The notes under the pieces are model-generated. The model was not told where the DNA came from. It did not search any database and saw nothing but the letters and a program-made list of their open reading frames with translations. DNA of 64,000 nucleotides from Centroscyllium fabricii (taxonomy: Eukaryota): positions 397,048,001 to 397,112,000 of the forward strand of contig JBNRSN020000001.1 of assembly GCA_051313645.2 (NCBI GenBank), read 5' to 3'. Position numbers and translations under genes: made by a program. This document shows positions 11,588 to 24,600 of the stretch, in pieces (the stretch's first letter is position 1; every line of letters starts with the position of its first letter).

Positions 11588-11783
11588 TGTAATGTTATTT
11601 AAAGATCAGATGGGAGGCCAACATTAAGTTTCAATGGAGCTTCTTTAATCAGGTCTTGTACACTGCCACTCCAAGCCTCAACTACTGCATGGCTCAGATG
11701 GCGTCGGCTCCCGCCACTCGGGCGTGACGTCAGATGTAAGTCAAGCCTGTGCAGTCAGTACGCCAGTCACAGCTATCCTTACA
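11588..11783 (-). mobile_element. Solo LTR, 196 bp
   Basis: tgtaa...ttaca ends; 5-bp TSD gacgg/gatgg (one CpG-type transition). It interrupts the SINE body gacggcacctcc. ATTAAA on the minus strand. Confidence 0.72.
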
Positions 11784-12444
11784 GATGGCACCTCCGACAG
11801 TGCAGGACTCTCTCAGTACTGCACTGGAAAGACAGTCTAGATTATGTGCTCAAGTCTTTGGAGTGGGGCTTGATCCCACAACCTTCTGACTAAGAGGCGT
11901 GAGTGCTGCCACTGAGCCTAGGCTAACACACTACAGCATTGCAGTTTTCATTTTGATGATATAGGGTAAGGCTCAACAACAAAGCTGAGCTGCTACTGCA
12001 GTGTTGCAGGAGTAATTACAATTTACACCTTGAAATATCCTTTAACATTGAAAATTGCTCTGTGACATTAACATGCATCAGTTATTTGCTGCATCATTGT
12101 TTCTGGCTTCAAATTTGAAAGGTTATAAAGCACACTGGCTGCTAGAAATTCAAATCCTACACTTTTTCTTTACTTTGGTTTCAAACATGGCACTTGACAA
12201 GAAGAATTAGTCTGACATAATTACATGCAAGGAAAAAAAATTGACCCAAAATATAATCAAAACCAGTTTGAGTGCATTAGTGCCAGACAGATTTATCACT
12301 GTGTCATGACATCTCCCAAGTGGCTTGTGCTCAAAGACAGAGGGACTTGCATGAGGAATGCATTGTGTGTGTGAGTGTGCCTGTGTGAGTGTGTGCCTGT
12401 GTGAGAGAGTGTGTATGTCTGCGCGTGAGTGTCTGCAAGTGAGA

Positions 12445-12481
<37 letters not shown>

Positions 12482-12500
12482 TCTGCGTGTGAGTGTGTGT

Positions 12501-13329
12501 GGGGGGGATTTTCATGTCCCCGTGAGGCGGGATTTTTGGCGGCCCGGCCGGCAAAATAGCAGAACCGGCAGGTCCCGTCCCTCCCCACCGTATCCCCGCT
12601 GCTTTCTCATTTTCGCCCACCCAGATTCCCCGCCCCGAAACCTTCCCGCCGGCGGGGATGGGTTGTCACCTCGTTAAGGGCCCTTAATTGGCATCTTTAA
12701 TGACATTTTAAGGGCCCTCAGCCATTTTGCCCTGTTTCCCGCCCTAACCCCGCCACGCTAAATCCCGCTGCGTTTCACGTAGCGGGAGCACAGCGCTGGT
12801 TATTACTGTTGGATTATAACCTGGTGTTGTGTGACTTCTTGCATTTATAACTTTCTCCTTCAAGGTGTGAAGGACATGCTGCCATATGCTTGGCATGCCT
12901 CCAGCACCTTAGAGGAATAAGTTACTCCGTTCTGGCTGCAGCAGCAGCTGTGAGCAGAAACTGAGAAATCTCAGTTCTGCACAGCTCCTGACAGCCGCTG
13001 CGAGTTGTGAGGGATTCTGAGCCCGCCCGCCCACCTGTCAGTCACCAGCACTTGGCCTTTCCCATTGGCTGCACTCCACTGTGATGTCACAGTGGAGTGT
13101 TTCCATTAGAACTGACAACAACCAGTGCTGGAACTGTCAATCAAACTGCCGCAGCCCCGCTGCAGCCCAACTCAATTGACCTAATTACCACCCGCTGCCG
13201 CCGACGGAGCTTTAACAACCTAATTAAACTAAAATTGCGTGGCCTTCCCAGCTGTTTGGGCGGGCGGGGCCGGAGGCGGCCCAGACCAATCCCCGCCAGG
13301 TTCCCGCCCTTCCGGAAAAATCCCCCCCC
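12501..13329. mobile_element. Non-autonomous Harbinger-like element (~0.8 kb), copy 1
   Basis: Termini gggggggatttt / aaaaatcccccccc flanked by TGT. Near-colinear inverted copy at 48189-48980. Confidence 0.8.
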
Positions 13330-13354
13330 TGTGTGTGTGCGTGTGAGAGAGAGT

Positions 13355-13510
13355 GAACTCTAAAAAGAAACTCCGGTACCTGCACGCCTGATAATGTACT
13401 TTACTGTATGCAATTTGCATGTAATTTATTTGCACTACTCTCGGGAGAGTCGAGTCTTCGTCTCGTTGTATTGTGCTAGTACTCTGCAATGACAATAAAA
13501 CTTGAATTGA
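13355..13510 (+). mobile_element. Rex1/Babar-like LINE 3' UTR (heavily 5'-truncated)
   Basis: Nearly identical to 49719-49896; ends in aataaaac(ttgaa)n. Confidence 0.8.
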
Positions 13511-16094
13511 AGTGAGTCTGCGGGTGAGAGTGTGTGTGTGTGTGAGAGAGTGCGCGTGTGAGAGTGCGCCTGTGTGTGTGTGCGCATGTGAGAGTGTACA
13601 TCTGTGTGGGAGTGTATGGGAGTGTGCGTGTGAGAGAGTGTTTGTGCACGAGAGAGTGTGGGCGTGTGTGCACGCGAGAGTGTGTATGTGTGAGAATGTG
13701 CGTATGTGTGTTTTCTTTCGGGGAGAAATTCATTATAGCTCTGTTTGTGGCGCTAAAACTTTGGAAGTGGAAAAATTATCAGCAGGCGCTAATGATGAGA
13801 GGCTCCTGCTAAATTCATTGGTTCAATTGTTATCATAATAACATTGTCACCAGAGTTCTTACCAAGATGATAACAGAAGGAGAGTTCCTTGCAATTGTCA
13901 CAGTAATGGTGCTTCTGAAGTGTTTCAAAGTTGTGATATTTTGAAAGCTTTTGTGTTAAGACCCAACTGTTAAAGGTCTTCAGGAAAAATGATATTGTTA
14001 AAAAAGATGTATTCACATTTAGTTGTCATCTGGAACTGTCCAAATCTGGACATTTGTTATAAAGAAAAATCCCAGATCTTTATCAGAGTACACCTTTGAC
14101 ATGTACATAGATTGCACCTTTTAAAGCAAAATAAAAATCAGTTTGAATAGTATGTGTAGGCTATCTGCAATTTCTGGGGGTTTTCCTGAGGGAATACCTC
14201 ATATTTGGGATGCAACCTATATGCAGGGGTGACCTACATGCATTAATCAGTACTTAGTAGCAAATACCTACTAGAATCCATTAGTGAGACACGTAGGTCA
14301 TCTGGAAGTTGAAAAAAAGTTAGGAGTACCGAGTACAATCACTGCAAGTGATACAAGTTCAGTATTTCAAGAAAAAAGTACCGTATATTAGGTTGAGCAG
14401 GGCAGAGGTTTGGGTTATGGAGCATACTAATGAAATGGAGTCCTGTGGTATGCATAAAGATCTGAAAAAACTTCCACACATCTGGCATTAAACTAAATAA
14501 GGCACCGTCACTACACTGAAAGTCTGCACACATGAAAATAAAATTGCCTTATTTGAAAAAGAATCCTGACAGTTACATGAGGATCAGACACTGACTGATG
14601 ACCATTTCGTAGTCCGAGATTTTTTGAAACCTCTCTTTTTTTACATGTGCTTTGTTGAAGGTCAGGTTCTGTATTTCATTACTGTTACATTTAAAGTTCA
14701 TTCCTCACTTTTTGAAACCATTTTTTCTGTCACCTGAAAGGATATTGTTCCTCAGAATTCTGAATTTTCCATTGAGATTTCAATTGAAAACTAATCGGGA
14801 TGTCTTTAAAAGGTAGAGGAGGTAACATGACATTATAAAGCTCCTTGCAATTTGGGCTTTGTTTTTATTGATTTAAATACAAGTAGGGCTAATTGTGCCA
14901 TTGTTTAAATAATTATTAAACACCTTTTAATTGTACAGGAACGCTTATGCAGATAGTAATTAAGCTGATGTTTCATTAATAAGTACCCCGTATTAAAGTT
15001 AAAAATAGTTCACATGACAATTTTTTTTACATTCTTTATAAGCCACTTCAGGCATTCAGGTATAACATTAGTATTAAACAATTCTACAGTTTATATTGCT
15101 CATTTACATATTTATTTAATAGTACATGGAACTTATTTTATTTATGTAGGTGCTTTAAACTGACTTCTTATAATGCATATCATTGTCTTAATCTTTCTAA
15201 AGTCCACACATTAACCTTTGCTTCTCTCACCGCACACTTCAATAAATTAGGTATTATTTTGACAGTGTTTAAAACAATGAATGCATCAACATTTTTGTAA
15301 CGAGGCCAAACAAATTTCCAGAATCCTCAATCTGTTAGTCCTCAAAAGGTTTCAGGAACTTGAACCTCAGCCTTGCCAAATTCCCCCATCCTCCCGATAG
15401 ACTTTGCTCGCAAAACTGTAAAAAAACAAAGACCATGTTTCACAATTAGTTCACATTTATTTCCTTGATCATTTGCATTATTGCAATATTGCAGCATGTT
15501 TGGTGATTGAGTAATGACATGGATATTTTTGTTACAGAACAAACAAAGATATAACGTTGATGTAAATGTGGTTTTCCCAATACAGGGTATATAGGAATTC
15601 CTACTGTAAACTGCTATGTTGAGGGTTTTAGGCGCTGCACTGGGTTTGCCCACTTTCCTTTCAAATCAGTGTTCTGGGTTCAAATCTAGGGCTGACGTTC
15701 AGGATGAAAGTATCATCTCTCTGTTGGCTATAAGCATCCAATATAACATGAGATTGGGCAGTTTCAACCCAATTTCTCGTTGGCACAGTTCCACACAGCA
15801 CAACATTGACCTGAATTTGGCACGGTTGACTCAAACTGTGTTAATTCCATGTGTTCTATCTTTAGTACACCTATAAATGTGTCTGCTTTAAAATAGCATG
15901 GCCAGGAATTTATGCAAATGTCTCATTGGATGCACTAAAAATAGTGCACTAAGGGAATTAAACCCAAAAAGTGGAAAACTTGCTGAGAGACCACAAGATG
16001 GCTAGTGTGAGAGATAGCACATTCCGAACAGTGCAACGAGGGATGTGTGTGGAGCGGAAGCACATTGTTAATTAAGGCAGAGCAGAGGAAGGTT

Positions 16095-16585
16095 AAATTT
16101 ATCCAAAACTCGGCTGCCTGTAGCCTAACTCACACCAAGTCCCGTTCACCCATCACCCCTGTGCTCGCTGACCTACATTGGCTCCTGGTTTGGCAATGCC
16201 TCAATTTTAAAACTCTCATCCTTGCTTCCAAATCCCTGCATGGCCTGGCCTCTCCCTATCTCTGTAACCTCCTCCAGCCCTATAACCCTCCAAAATCTCT
16301 GCACTCCTTCAATTCTGGTCTTTTGCACATCCCTGATTTTAATTGCACCACCGTGATGGCTGTGCTTTCAGCTGTCTGGGCCTTAGCTCTGCAATTCCAT
16401 TCCTGAGTCTTTCTGCCTCTCCACTTCTCTCTCCTCCTTTAAGATGCACCTTAAAACTGATCTCTCACCTGTTCTATTATCTCCTTATTTAGCTCTGTGT
16501 TAAATTTTGTTTGATAACGCTTCTGTAAAGTGCCTTGCGATGTTTTACTATGTTATATAGGCGCTATACAAATGCAAGTTGTTGT
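16095..16585 (+). mobile_element. L2-clade LINE 3' fragment
   Basis: IQNSAA...HTKSRSPITPVLADLHWL motif and the same tail as 10490-11374. Confidence 0.85.
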
Positions 16586-17074
16586 GTTCACCATACACAT
16601 GGCCATCTTATTCTTGGCCATGGAAGGCTTAATTCTGATGCTTAGTGGAAAAAGTAGAGGGATGTTCCACTCTCTGAGGTATCTCATCTAATGGGCTCAA
16701 CCTCATATTCCACCCACGCCGATCCATCTCAAAACATTAATCAGCAAGTGGCAGATCTGATAGTTAGAGATGGATTGCACTGCTACAACACTCAGGTCTG
16801 ATTAAATCCTTTTCTTTCATAGTCTGATGTTTCATCTTGTGGCCTTACTATGGCACACATTATTTTGGCGGTGACAGGGTGAACAGGCAAGTCGGTGACC
16901 AGCTAACTTGCCTCTGCCAATCCTCCTCTGTAATGAGGACCACCCAGGGTAACTCTCAACTTCTGACTTTCCCTCTCTTCCTTAGCGGAGTGAAAGTTTC
17001 CAGACACAGTTTAATAACTTCCCGTGATGGCACTATTTAGCTCAGGAGCTGTGAGGAATCACGTGCATGAACCT

Positions 17075-17197
17075 GCATCTGCTGGAGTATTGTGTTCAAT
17101 TCTCACAGTACTCCACACTTTAGGAAAGATGTCAGGGCCTTAGAGAGGGTGCAGAAGAGATTTACTAGAATGGTACCAGGAATGAGGGACTTCAGTT
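17075..17197 (+). mobile_element. Short CR1 RT fragment
   Basis: Encodes HLLEYCVQF...LRKDVRALERVQKRFTRMVPGMR. Confidence 0.75.
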
Positions 17198-18880
17198 TGA
17201 TATTGGTTACTGAATGGTAATCCCACGGTGGCTGCATATTGGTCAGGGAATGTCCATCCCACTCAGCATGCTGTATATTGGTCTGTGAATGGCAGTTTCT
17301 GCAACAGAATGTGAGCGTATATAGTTCTTGTCATTTAGTGGCAATCAAATCAATGGGAACTCTTGATAAAATGACTTGTGGAGTTCATATTACAGATCAT
17401 AAATTACACTGAGTACATCTGTTCTTTTGAAATAAACTCCTCAAACTGTTTACTGCATCATTATCCATGTTTACCATTGTTGCTAACATCAATTATTACA
17501 TATCTATGCATAAGTCAGTGTGTATTTGTCACACTTTGTTGCATATCCAAAATAATCTTTGAAAAAAATAGAAATGAATCAGTTATTTCATGACGATTTT
17601 CTGACCTGGAGCCAGAAATGTACAAACGGTTACAATTACCCTCTGATTGTGTAACACACCACTACATTTACCTTTATTACTTACATTTCCCAATTCAGAT
17701 CACTTCCCCTCTGGGAGTACTTAAAAGGACAGACCGTGCTAGTATTTAAACATCACAACTGTTTTTCAGACCACAGTATACATGAGAGCAATGCTATGAG
17801 AGACCCACTAGTATCATAATCGATTAACTTAATTGATTACGTTTGAAACACGGAGGCTGAGTTGGTGCAAGAACCTGGCAACACATTTCCGTTGGTACCT
17901 GGAATGGCTTCAGTCAGCTCAATGTATACTTTATCTTACATCAGACTTTTGAAATCCAAGAATCTAGTAACATGTCTGTGTTGGCTGTAAAGAGCTTTGG
18001 GACGTCCTGAGGTCATGAAAGGCACTATATAAATGCAAGACTTTCAGTGGTGCCTGCAGTTGCTCCTTTACCCTTACTTGTCAGATACCTGTACCAGTTT
18101 AAGGTGCTCAGGATTTTGCACTTGGACCTTTGATGTTCAATGATGTAGATTCATATCAAGAACCCCAGTTGAAGTCCTCAAACTGGCCTTCTCCTGATGC
18201 CTGGAAACACAGAAGCTAAAGATTCAGTTTGGTGTGGGACCAGACCCCAGTTTGAATTGTGCTGGCACCAGTCAGAATACCCTTGGTGAGAGAGAGCTGC
18301 AGTTTATTTCTCCATTGTATCGTTTACTTATGTGGGGAGTCCAGTTTGGACCTGGTACTGTGACTCGGGTGTAAGCTATGTGTGTGAAGGAATGCTCTTT
18401 GTGGAGCTGAGTTCCGTTCGGTCAGAAAAATAACCACTTCAGGCAAGACAAAAAAGGATAATCTTACTCAAACATTGAGCCATTCCAGCAAAAGGGATAT
18501 TGTCTCTTTAATCTCTGAGCATTATTCACTGGGGAGCTGAAATCGTATTAATTTATCACTCCTATTTTGATGGACACAGTTGCAGTAATAGCACTAAATG
18601 GTGTCGAATGATCCAGTAATCTAGAGCCCCATGGCTGACCGCTTCCGCTCCTGCTCACCTCTTTCCAAAGCAAAGTCTTTGACGGCTTTTCTGCAAACAT
18701 TTATTTTAGTAGTTTTACATTACCCTATCCTTTCCCTCTGCTCTTAAAATACGATTCAGTGAAGTAATTTGATGAGCACTGGCCAGCATAATTCAATTCA
18801 ACAGCTGCGGAAACTACCACGCTCTCACGAGGGAAAGGCCTGCCTGGGTTAACCCGTAGCTTTTTTTTTTAAACGGTTTT

Positions 18881-18906
18881 TGATTTATCTGTCACCTGAT
18901 CCATCA
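18881..18906. promoter_or_regulatory. Candidate Pbx-Hox / Meis composite element in unique sequence
   Basis: TGATTTAT (18881-18888), CTGTCA (18889-18894) and ATCCATCA, the reverse complement of TGATGGAT (18899-18906). Confidence 0.35.
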
Positions 18907-19275
18907 GCAATGAATAATTTTCATGGAAGGTGCACTTTAATTACTTTCCCATTTAACTTGCATTATCATTCCCTATCTTGGTAATTAATCTCCCCTAGTA
19001 TCCAATTTCGGCCTTTATTGCTGGCAGACGGGCCCCCTGAATCGTGTGTGCTTGAGCGGGTGCTCGAGAGTTATTTGACGGAGAGGTTTCCAAACAAGTT
19101 TTCAGTTCATTAAAGTGCTCAGATTGCCGTATCTCCAGATTGTCGGGGTGACAGCTCTCCGGCATCTCCAAAAGTACACAGATGACTGACACTGTGTGGT
19201 GACTTTTGAGCATCGTTCCTGACATTCAAGGCTCTTTTCAGAGGGTTAAGGTGCTTAATAGTATCACTAATGTTT

Positions 19276-19643
19276 CACACAGAAACACAGGAGCAGGAGT
19301 AGGCCATTCGGCCCTTCGAGCCTGCTCTGCCATTTTGATGAGATCATGGCTGATCATCCAAACCCAGCACCTCCCTCATACCCTCTCCCCATATCCCCCC
19401 CGACACCCCTAACTCTAAGAACTATATCTCACACACATACACATGGGCAATTTTTAGTATCTCCAATTCACCTAACCTGCATGTCTTTGGGTGGTGGAAG
19501 GAAACCGGAGTACCCGGAGGAAACCCACACGAACACGGGGAGAACATGCAAACTCTACGCAGAGAGGTCCCGGGCCAAGCACGATTCGAACCCAGGAGCT
19601 CCTTATTGCGAGGCAGCAGTGCTAACCACTGCGCCACCGTGTT
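19276..19643 (-). mobile_element. V-SINE subfamily B (tRNA head, V-domain, CR1-derived tail)
   Basis: Reverse complement of 20683-21350. Tail ggagcaggagtaggccattcggcccttcgagcc matches the CR1 3' UTR. Confidence 0.85.
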
Positions 19644-20172
19644 GTCCCTTATGTTTCCTTATAACACTGCCAGGCGACCACCCTGTGTGTCAGCTCTAGA
19701 TTTCTAATCAGTTTCGCACAACTGCTGCGAGTGCTCTAATCATTGCAATTTGTCATTATTTGGATTCAAAGTACAAATTGACTGAAGCATTTTTTTAAAT
19801 GTTTATCAGTAAAGTCTTTTTTAACACCGGGTACGTTGTAAGCCAGGTTAGAATTGTTACCCTCTATGCTTGCCGTGCCTGATTTTGTTGATAAACAGCA
19901 GAGATGAGTCGACTGGTCTGACTTGGGATTTTGGTTCTGTTCAGTTTGATTTGGTTCAGCTCAGTTTGAATGAATACCCACCTAATTAAAGCTTAGGCCA
20001 GAAAGATGATCGCCGTATACAGTCTATAGTACATCAGAAAACTTGGCTTAATACTGAGGGCTCAGTGTTCACAAATACAGTTGTGCTTGCGAAGTGTCTC
20101 ACTGGTGATTCGCCTGCAAATCCTGTGTTTTCAGTGCCCCTCCATTGCTTTGTGCAGTAGCACAATTGTGTG

Positions 20173-20420
20173 AAAGAAAGACTTTCATTTATATAGCGCC
20201 TTTCACAACCCCAGGACGTCCTAAAGCGCTTTACAGCCAATGAAGTACTTTTTGAAGCATAGTCACTGTTGCAATGTAGGAAATGTGGCAGCTAAAATGC
20301 ACACAGCAAGCTCCCACAAACAGCAATGTCTCACAAACAGCAATGTGATGATGACCAGATAATATGTTTTAGTGATGCTAGTTGAGGGATAAACATTGCC
20401 CAGGACACCGGGGGAGAACT
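20173..20420 (-). mobile_element. SacSINE1/Deu-like SINE 3' half
   Basis: Matches 10373-10488 and 11378-11500. Confidence 0.75.
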
Positions 20421-20682
20421 CTGGTGCCTGAATAATACACACATCGAGAGAAAAACAAGGGTTTGCTTTATCTAGTGGTCACTAGTCAAAATGGGCCAAA
20501 GCAGATTGGCAGCAGGTGGTCACCCGCACAACTAGCTGGTATCGGAAAGTGGCTTGAGTTCTGCGCTGATCCGTGCGCCTTTGCCGAAAGGCAGGGCAGC
20601 ATGGAAGCTTTTGTAGACACGAATGCTTTCAAAATGTTACGATAGAATGGAAAGACTCTTGTGCGGGAAAGGTGAGCACAAA

Positions 20683-21350
20683 TGACACGGTGGCGCAGTG
20701 GTTAGCACTGCTGCCTCGCAATAAGGAGCTCCTGGGTTCGAATCCTGCTTGGCCCGGGACCTCTCTGCGTGGGGTTTGCATGTTCTCCCCGTGTTCGTGT
20801 GGGTGTCCTCCGGGTACTCCGGTTTCCTCCCACCACCCAAAGACATGCAAGTTAGGTGAATTGGAGATACTAAAAATAAAATTGTCCATGAGTATGTGTT
20901 TGAGATATAGTTCTTAGCAGTTAAGGTGTCGGGGGATATGGGGAGAGGGTGAGAGCTGGGTGTGGATGATCAGCCATGATCTTGTAGTGTAACTACTACA
21001 GAGACTCATCCGATGTCTCTAGGACCTAGAATCCACCTTTACTTGAGTGGACCTGCCCCCGTTCCCCCATTGGTCGGTTGGGGCAATGGGTGCCGCTCCT
21101 GATTGGTCCGTGGGGCTGTCACTCAACAGCTCCCACAATGCTTTGCGTTTTCACACCGTTTCTCTCAGTTGTGCATTGATAGTGTTTGAATAAACAAGTG
21201 TTTTACTCTGCTCCCCTGCTTCCTCCGTTTATTAAGTATTTTAAGGTGGAAAACTTAGGTTTCCCACAATCTCATCAAAAATGGCGGAGCAGGCTCGAAG
21301 GGCCGAATGGCCTACTCCTGGTCCTATCTTCTGTGTTTCTGTGTGTTTCT
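20683..21350 (+). mobile_element. V-SINE subfamily B interrupted by a solo LTR
   Basis: A box tggcgcagtgg, B box ggttcgaatcc, V-domain, and a CR1-type tail split at gatct|...|atctcat. Confidence 0.85.
20983..21268 (+). mobile_element. Solo LTR, 286 bp
   Basis: TGT...ACA ends; 4-bp TSD ATCT at 20979-20982 and 21269-21272; ATTGG boxes; AATAAA at 21189. Confidence 0.85.
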
Positions 21351-22747
21351 GCTCGACAGCGGGTTTTTTACAAAATGGTATCCAGGCCCAGGTTGCTTCT
21401 CAGCTGGGTCTCGGGTACCTTACTACAGAACAATCTTGTCAGCTTCCCTGAATTTCAAACTTGCGAGCCAGCTCCCTCAAAGCAGCCAGAATCGGGTGGC
21501 TTTGACTTTGCCCAGCAGTGTGGTCACACCGAGCAGGTGGGTCGTGTGGGCAAGTATTCCCAGCGGGGGAGGGGCACACAAATAAGCAGTCAAATGCTGC
21601 GCAGATCATTCAAGCTGGTTTCGGTCAGAAGCAAGCATTTTATATTTTTATCAACTACATCCTCTGAATGCCATAGGAGAGGAATCAAAGTGGAAATAAT
21701 AATTATATATGTGTATCATTAGACAAAAAAATAGATCACCTGGAGCAAAATGAACTGATTTGTCAGATGGATACATATATTTATGAATTATAGATGTTAG
21801 GTAAATGGGTAGAATGACAAGACAGTTATAACACTGTGACATGCAATGAAATAAGCTCACACATTACTTTAGTTCAAATTATCATTCAATCCTGGAGCCA
21901 GCCATCCATTTGAAAGACCCTTATTTCCCCTATGGGTTTAGGGGGTAACTTTTATCATTTAGTCCATTAATTTTAATGGATGAGAAATTGCAGGCTGCAC
22001 GTCAGGCTTGCTGACCATACTGGTGATTGATATGTGCTCCGATCACATCTCTGTCCCAAATCATGAAATTTACCGCAGTGAATATCGTAAAATGGCAAGA
22101 AGCAGTTAATTATGTACTGTAAAGAATAACACCTGTAGAAATGTGCTTCTGTGATATTACACACCTGCGAGTTCAAATTACTTTCATTGAATTGCTTGAT
22201 CTTGGTTCTTGTCACACTCCTCAATGTCACTATTATGATGAGCTAACACACGCGCCAAGTGTGTGTTAAGATTTACTAAGTTGTTATGTTAACAGTAACA
22301 GAACTTTTGCTAATCTTTTGCCGATGCTCTTAAAATTTCTCTGTGGATTAATCTGATTTAAAACTAGAAATAACCTTTCACCCTCGAGCATTACTCCAGA
22401 GCTTTTTCTGAAGAAAGGACCGGGCATGGGCCTGCAGCGACTTGAGAGCTACCAATTTATTCCTGTATATCTGCCTGCATACCCCTTCTGGAAGCTGATT
22501 CCTGACTTCAGACATTGATATCCTAAGAACAGGCCTCTGAATCCTTGACTCAGGGTTCTTGGGAATTTGTCTTCAGTGTATTGAGGCCGCTTTGGATTTT
22601 GGCATCCCAAGGCTCATCTGTATCAGTGGGAGGGTTATCAGAGGCAGTTCAGCTGTGCTCACTGCTTTAGAGGCAATCTGCAAAGCAGAGAATGCTCGCT
22701 GCACTACAAGGCCCAACTATGTAGCAAGTGTCTGCATTGGAGCCAAT

Positions 22748-23718
22748 GAGGGAGAAATCTGGTATCGCCCCGTTTGGGGCGCAATTATCGGCTGGGCACA
22801 AAGTTTAGCACCTGCTGCTAATAGAAACATAGGAACATAGAAGATAGGAGCAGGAGTAGGCCATTCGGCCCTTCGAGCCTGCTCCGCCATTCAATGAGAT
22901 CATGGCTGATCATCCAAACCCAGCACCCCGCCCCTGCCCTCCGACTGCAAACTTGGCTTCTATCGCCCCTGGAGGTGATCGGAGCACTAAATTAGGTGCT
23001 ACACACCTCTCTTAAGCTGCTAACGCCGAGGAGCGAGGCGCTACCTCAGACCGCTGGCGAAGCTCATGTGATGTCAGTCAGTCCGCAATGGAACACAGAC
23101 ACACTGGCACCGGCCAATTCTTAAAGGGGAGGGTCGATCTTGCTCTCGATCCATGCCTTGCTCATTGCAGCCTTGAATCTCGGCCTGGAGAGACCTGTAC
23201 ATCAAATCTGCTGGAAAGAACAATGGAGAGACCCAGGGAAAGAGCTCAGAGTGCAGCCCCCATAGTCTCTTCTAAATTGTTGCAAGGAAGATCAAATCAA
23301 AATGAACCTGAAAAGTGCTGCTCAGTACCCAAAACTCCTTCACACCGCGTTGAATATCTCTAGAAGTCTCTCTCTCACTCAGAATGCGTGGTGCACAAAT
23401 GTCGCCGAATAAAAAGGCAGGAACCGGTCGCCTTTAAACAGCGCTCCGCCAGTACCTTCCCAACTGCAAAACGCTCCCCTCAACCTGTCAATGCTAGCGG
23501 CAGGCGGTAAGGCAGGGGGCGCCACTCAATATCTGGTCCGGGGCATTGCATGCTCGACTGACATCACGATCTGTGGACGCAGGAGATCGTGGCGATAGTG
23601 TTTAGCGTCGCTGCAAAATGTCTGGTCAATTTAGCACCCGGGCGCTAGTTGCTTTGTGCCCCATTAACGCCCTCATAAGGCGCTAACGGGAGGCGCGAAG
23701 CAACTGAATTTTTCCCCC
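22748..23718. mobile_element. Non-autonomous Harbinger-like element containing a short CR1-tail insertion (~22820-22940)
   Basis: Termini gagggagaaat / atttttccccc, AAT on both flanks, and gcgctaa/ttagcgc-type motifs. Confidence 0.7.
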
Positions 23719-24600
23719 AATGAGACAAGTGACTGGTTAACTCGTTTCTGCTCCTTAATGTATCCTTTGTTTTCTAGCTAGCCCATGCGGTTGGAATAGG
23801 GACCATGATGGGACCTTCTCCTCGGTGATCTGCAACCAAAGCTAAAGAGCACCAAACACCCATTGGATGCAAGTACCCCCACTCAATCTCAATCCCGTAT
23901 TCCCAGCTGGTGCGCCAGTCTCCGGTTGTCGGGACTGTCTGCAATGGGGCCAAACCTAACCCTTCTGACTCAAGTGACTGAGTTAGTGGTCACTCTGTCC
24001 AGATGTGAGTACTCCGCTGGATATCAACTCTATGTTTAGAGGCCATATTCTAGTCTCCACTCGCCGAGGTTCTCTGGAGTGAGGGGCGAACCCTTCACTT
24101 TCTGACTCGGAGGCGAGAATTCTGCCACTAAGCCAAAAGCTCGCTCCTGTCAATTGTATACCACCCCTCCCCTAAAATGGAAGAAAGCAGACCATGGTAT
24201 ATGTGAACGCACACATGGGCTGGATTTTGATACTGGGGCGGGCTGGGGTCGTGTAATCTGCAGTTCGTATTAGCCACCCGATTCTAAATCGATGTGGGAG
24301 AATGATGCAGTTTAACTTAATTGACTAATTGAGTTCCAACGTGTGGGAACCCATAGCCAATGAGTTTTTCCAGTCTGAAAGTCGCCTCTGATGACATCAT
24401 CATTCCTGCTGCATTTAAGGTCTGCAACAAGCCTTGCTTCTTCTGCAGACTGCCAACCTTTTGGCCTTTGCAGTGAGAGGCACCTGCAGGCAGAATGGCC
24501 AGCCAGAGAACTAGGTCTGCACCCCGCTTCGATGATGCTGCCCTGCAGGCTTTAGTAGAGGGAGCAAGAGAACATAAAGAGGTGCTCTTCCCTTCTTCAG

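Larger units (their letters stand above)
10373..11929 (-). mobile_element. SacSINE1/Deu-like SINE interrupted by an L2 fragment and a solo LTR
   Basis: Tail at 10373-10488, body ~11378-11587, head ~11784-11929 (reverse complement of the tRNA head at 8037). Confidence 0.75.
12364..13710. repeat. Compound (TG)/(GA)/(CG) microsatellite split by two insertions
   Basis: Degenerate TG/GA tracts at 12364-12500, 13330-13354 and 13512-13710. Confidence 0.9.

Noticed and set aside
14170-14400. Possible old pogo-like termini (taccgtatatt, gacctacatgc)
   Set aside because: Too degenerate to pair TIRs or define a TSD.
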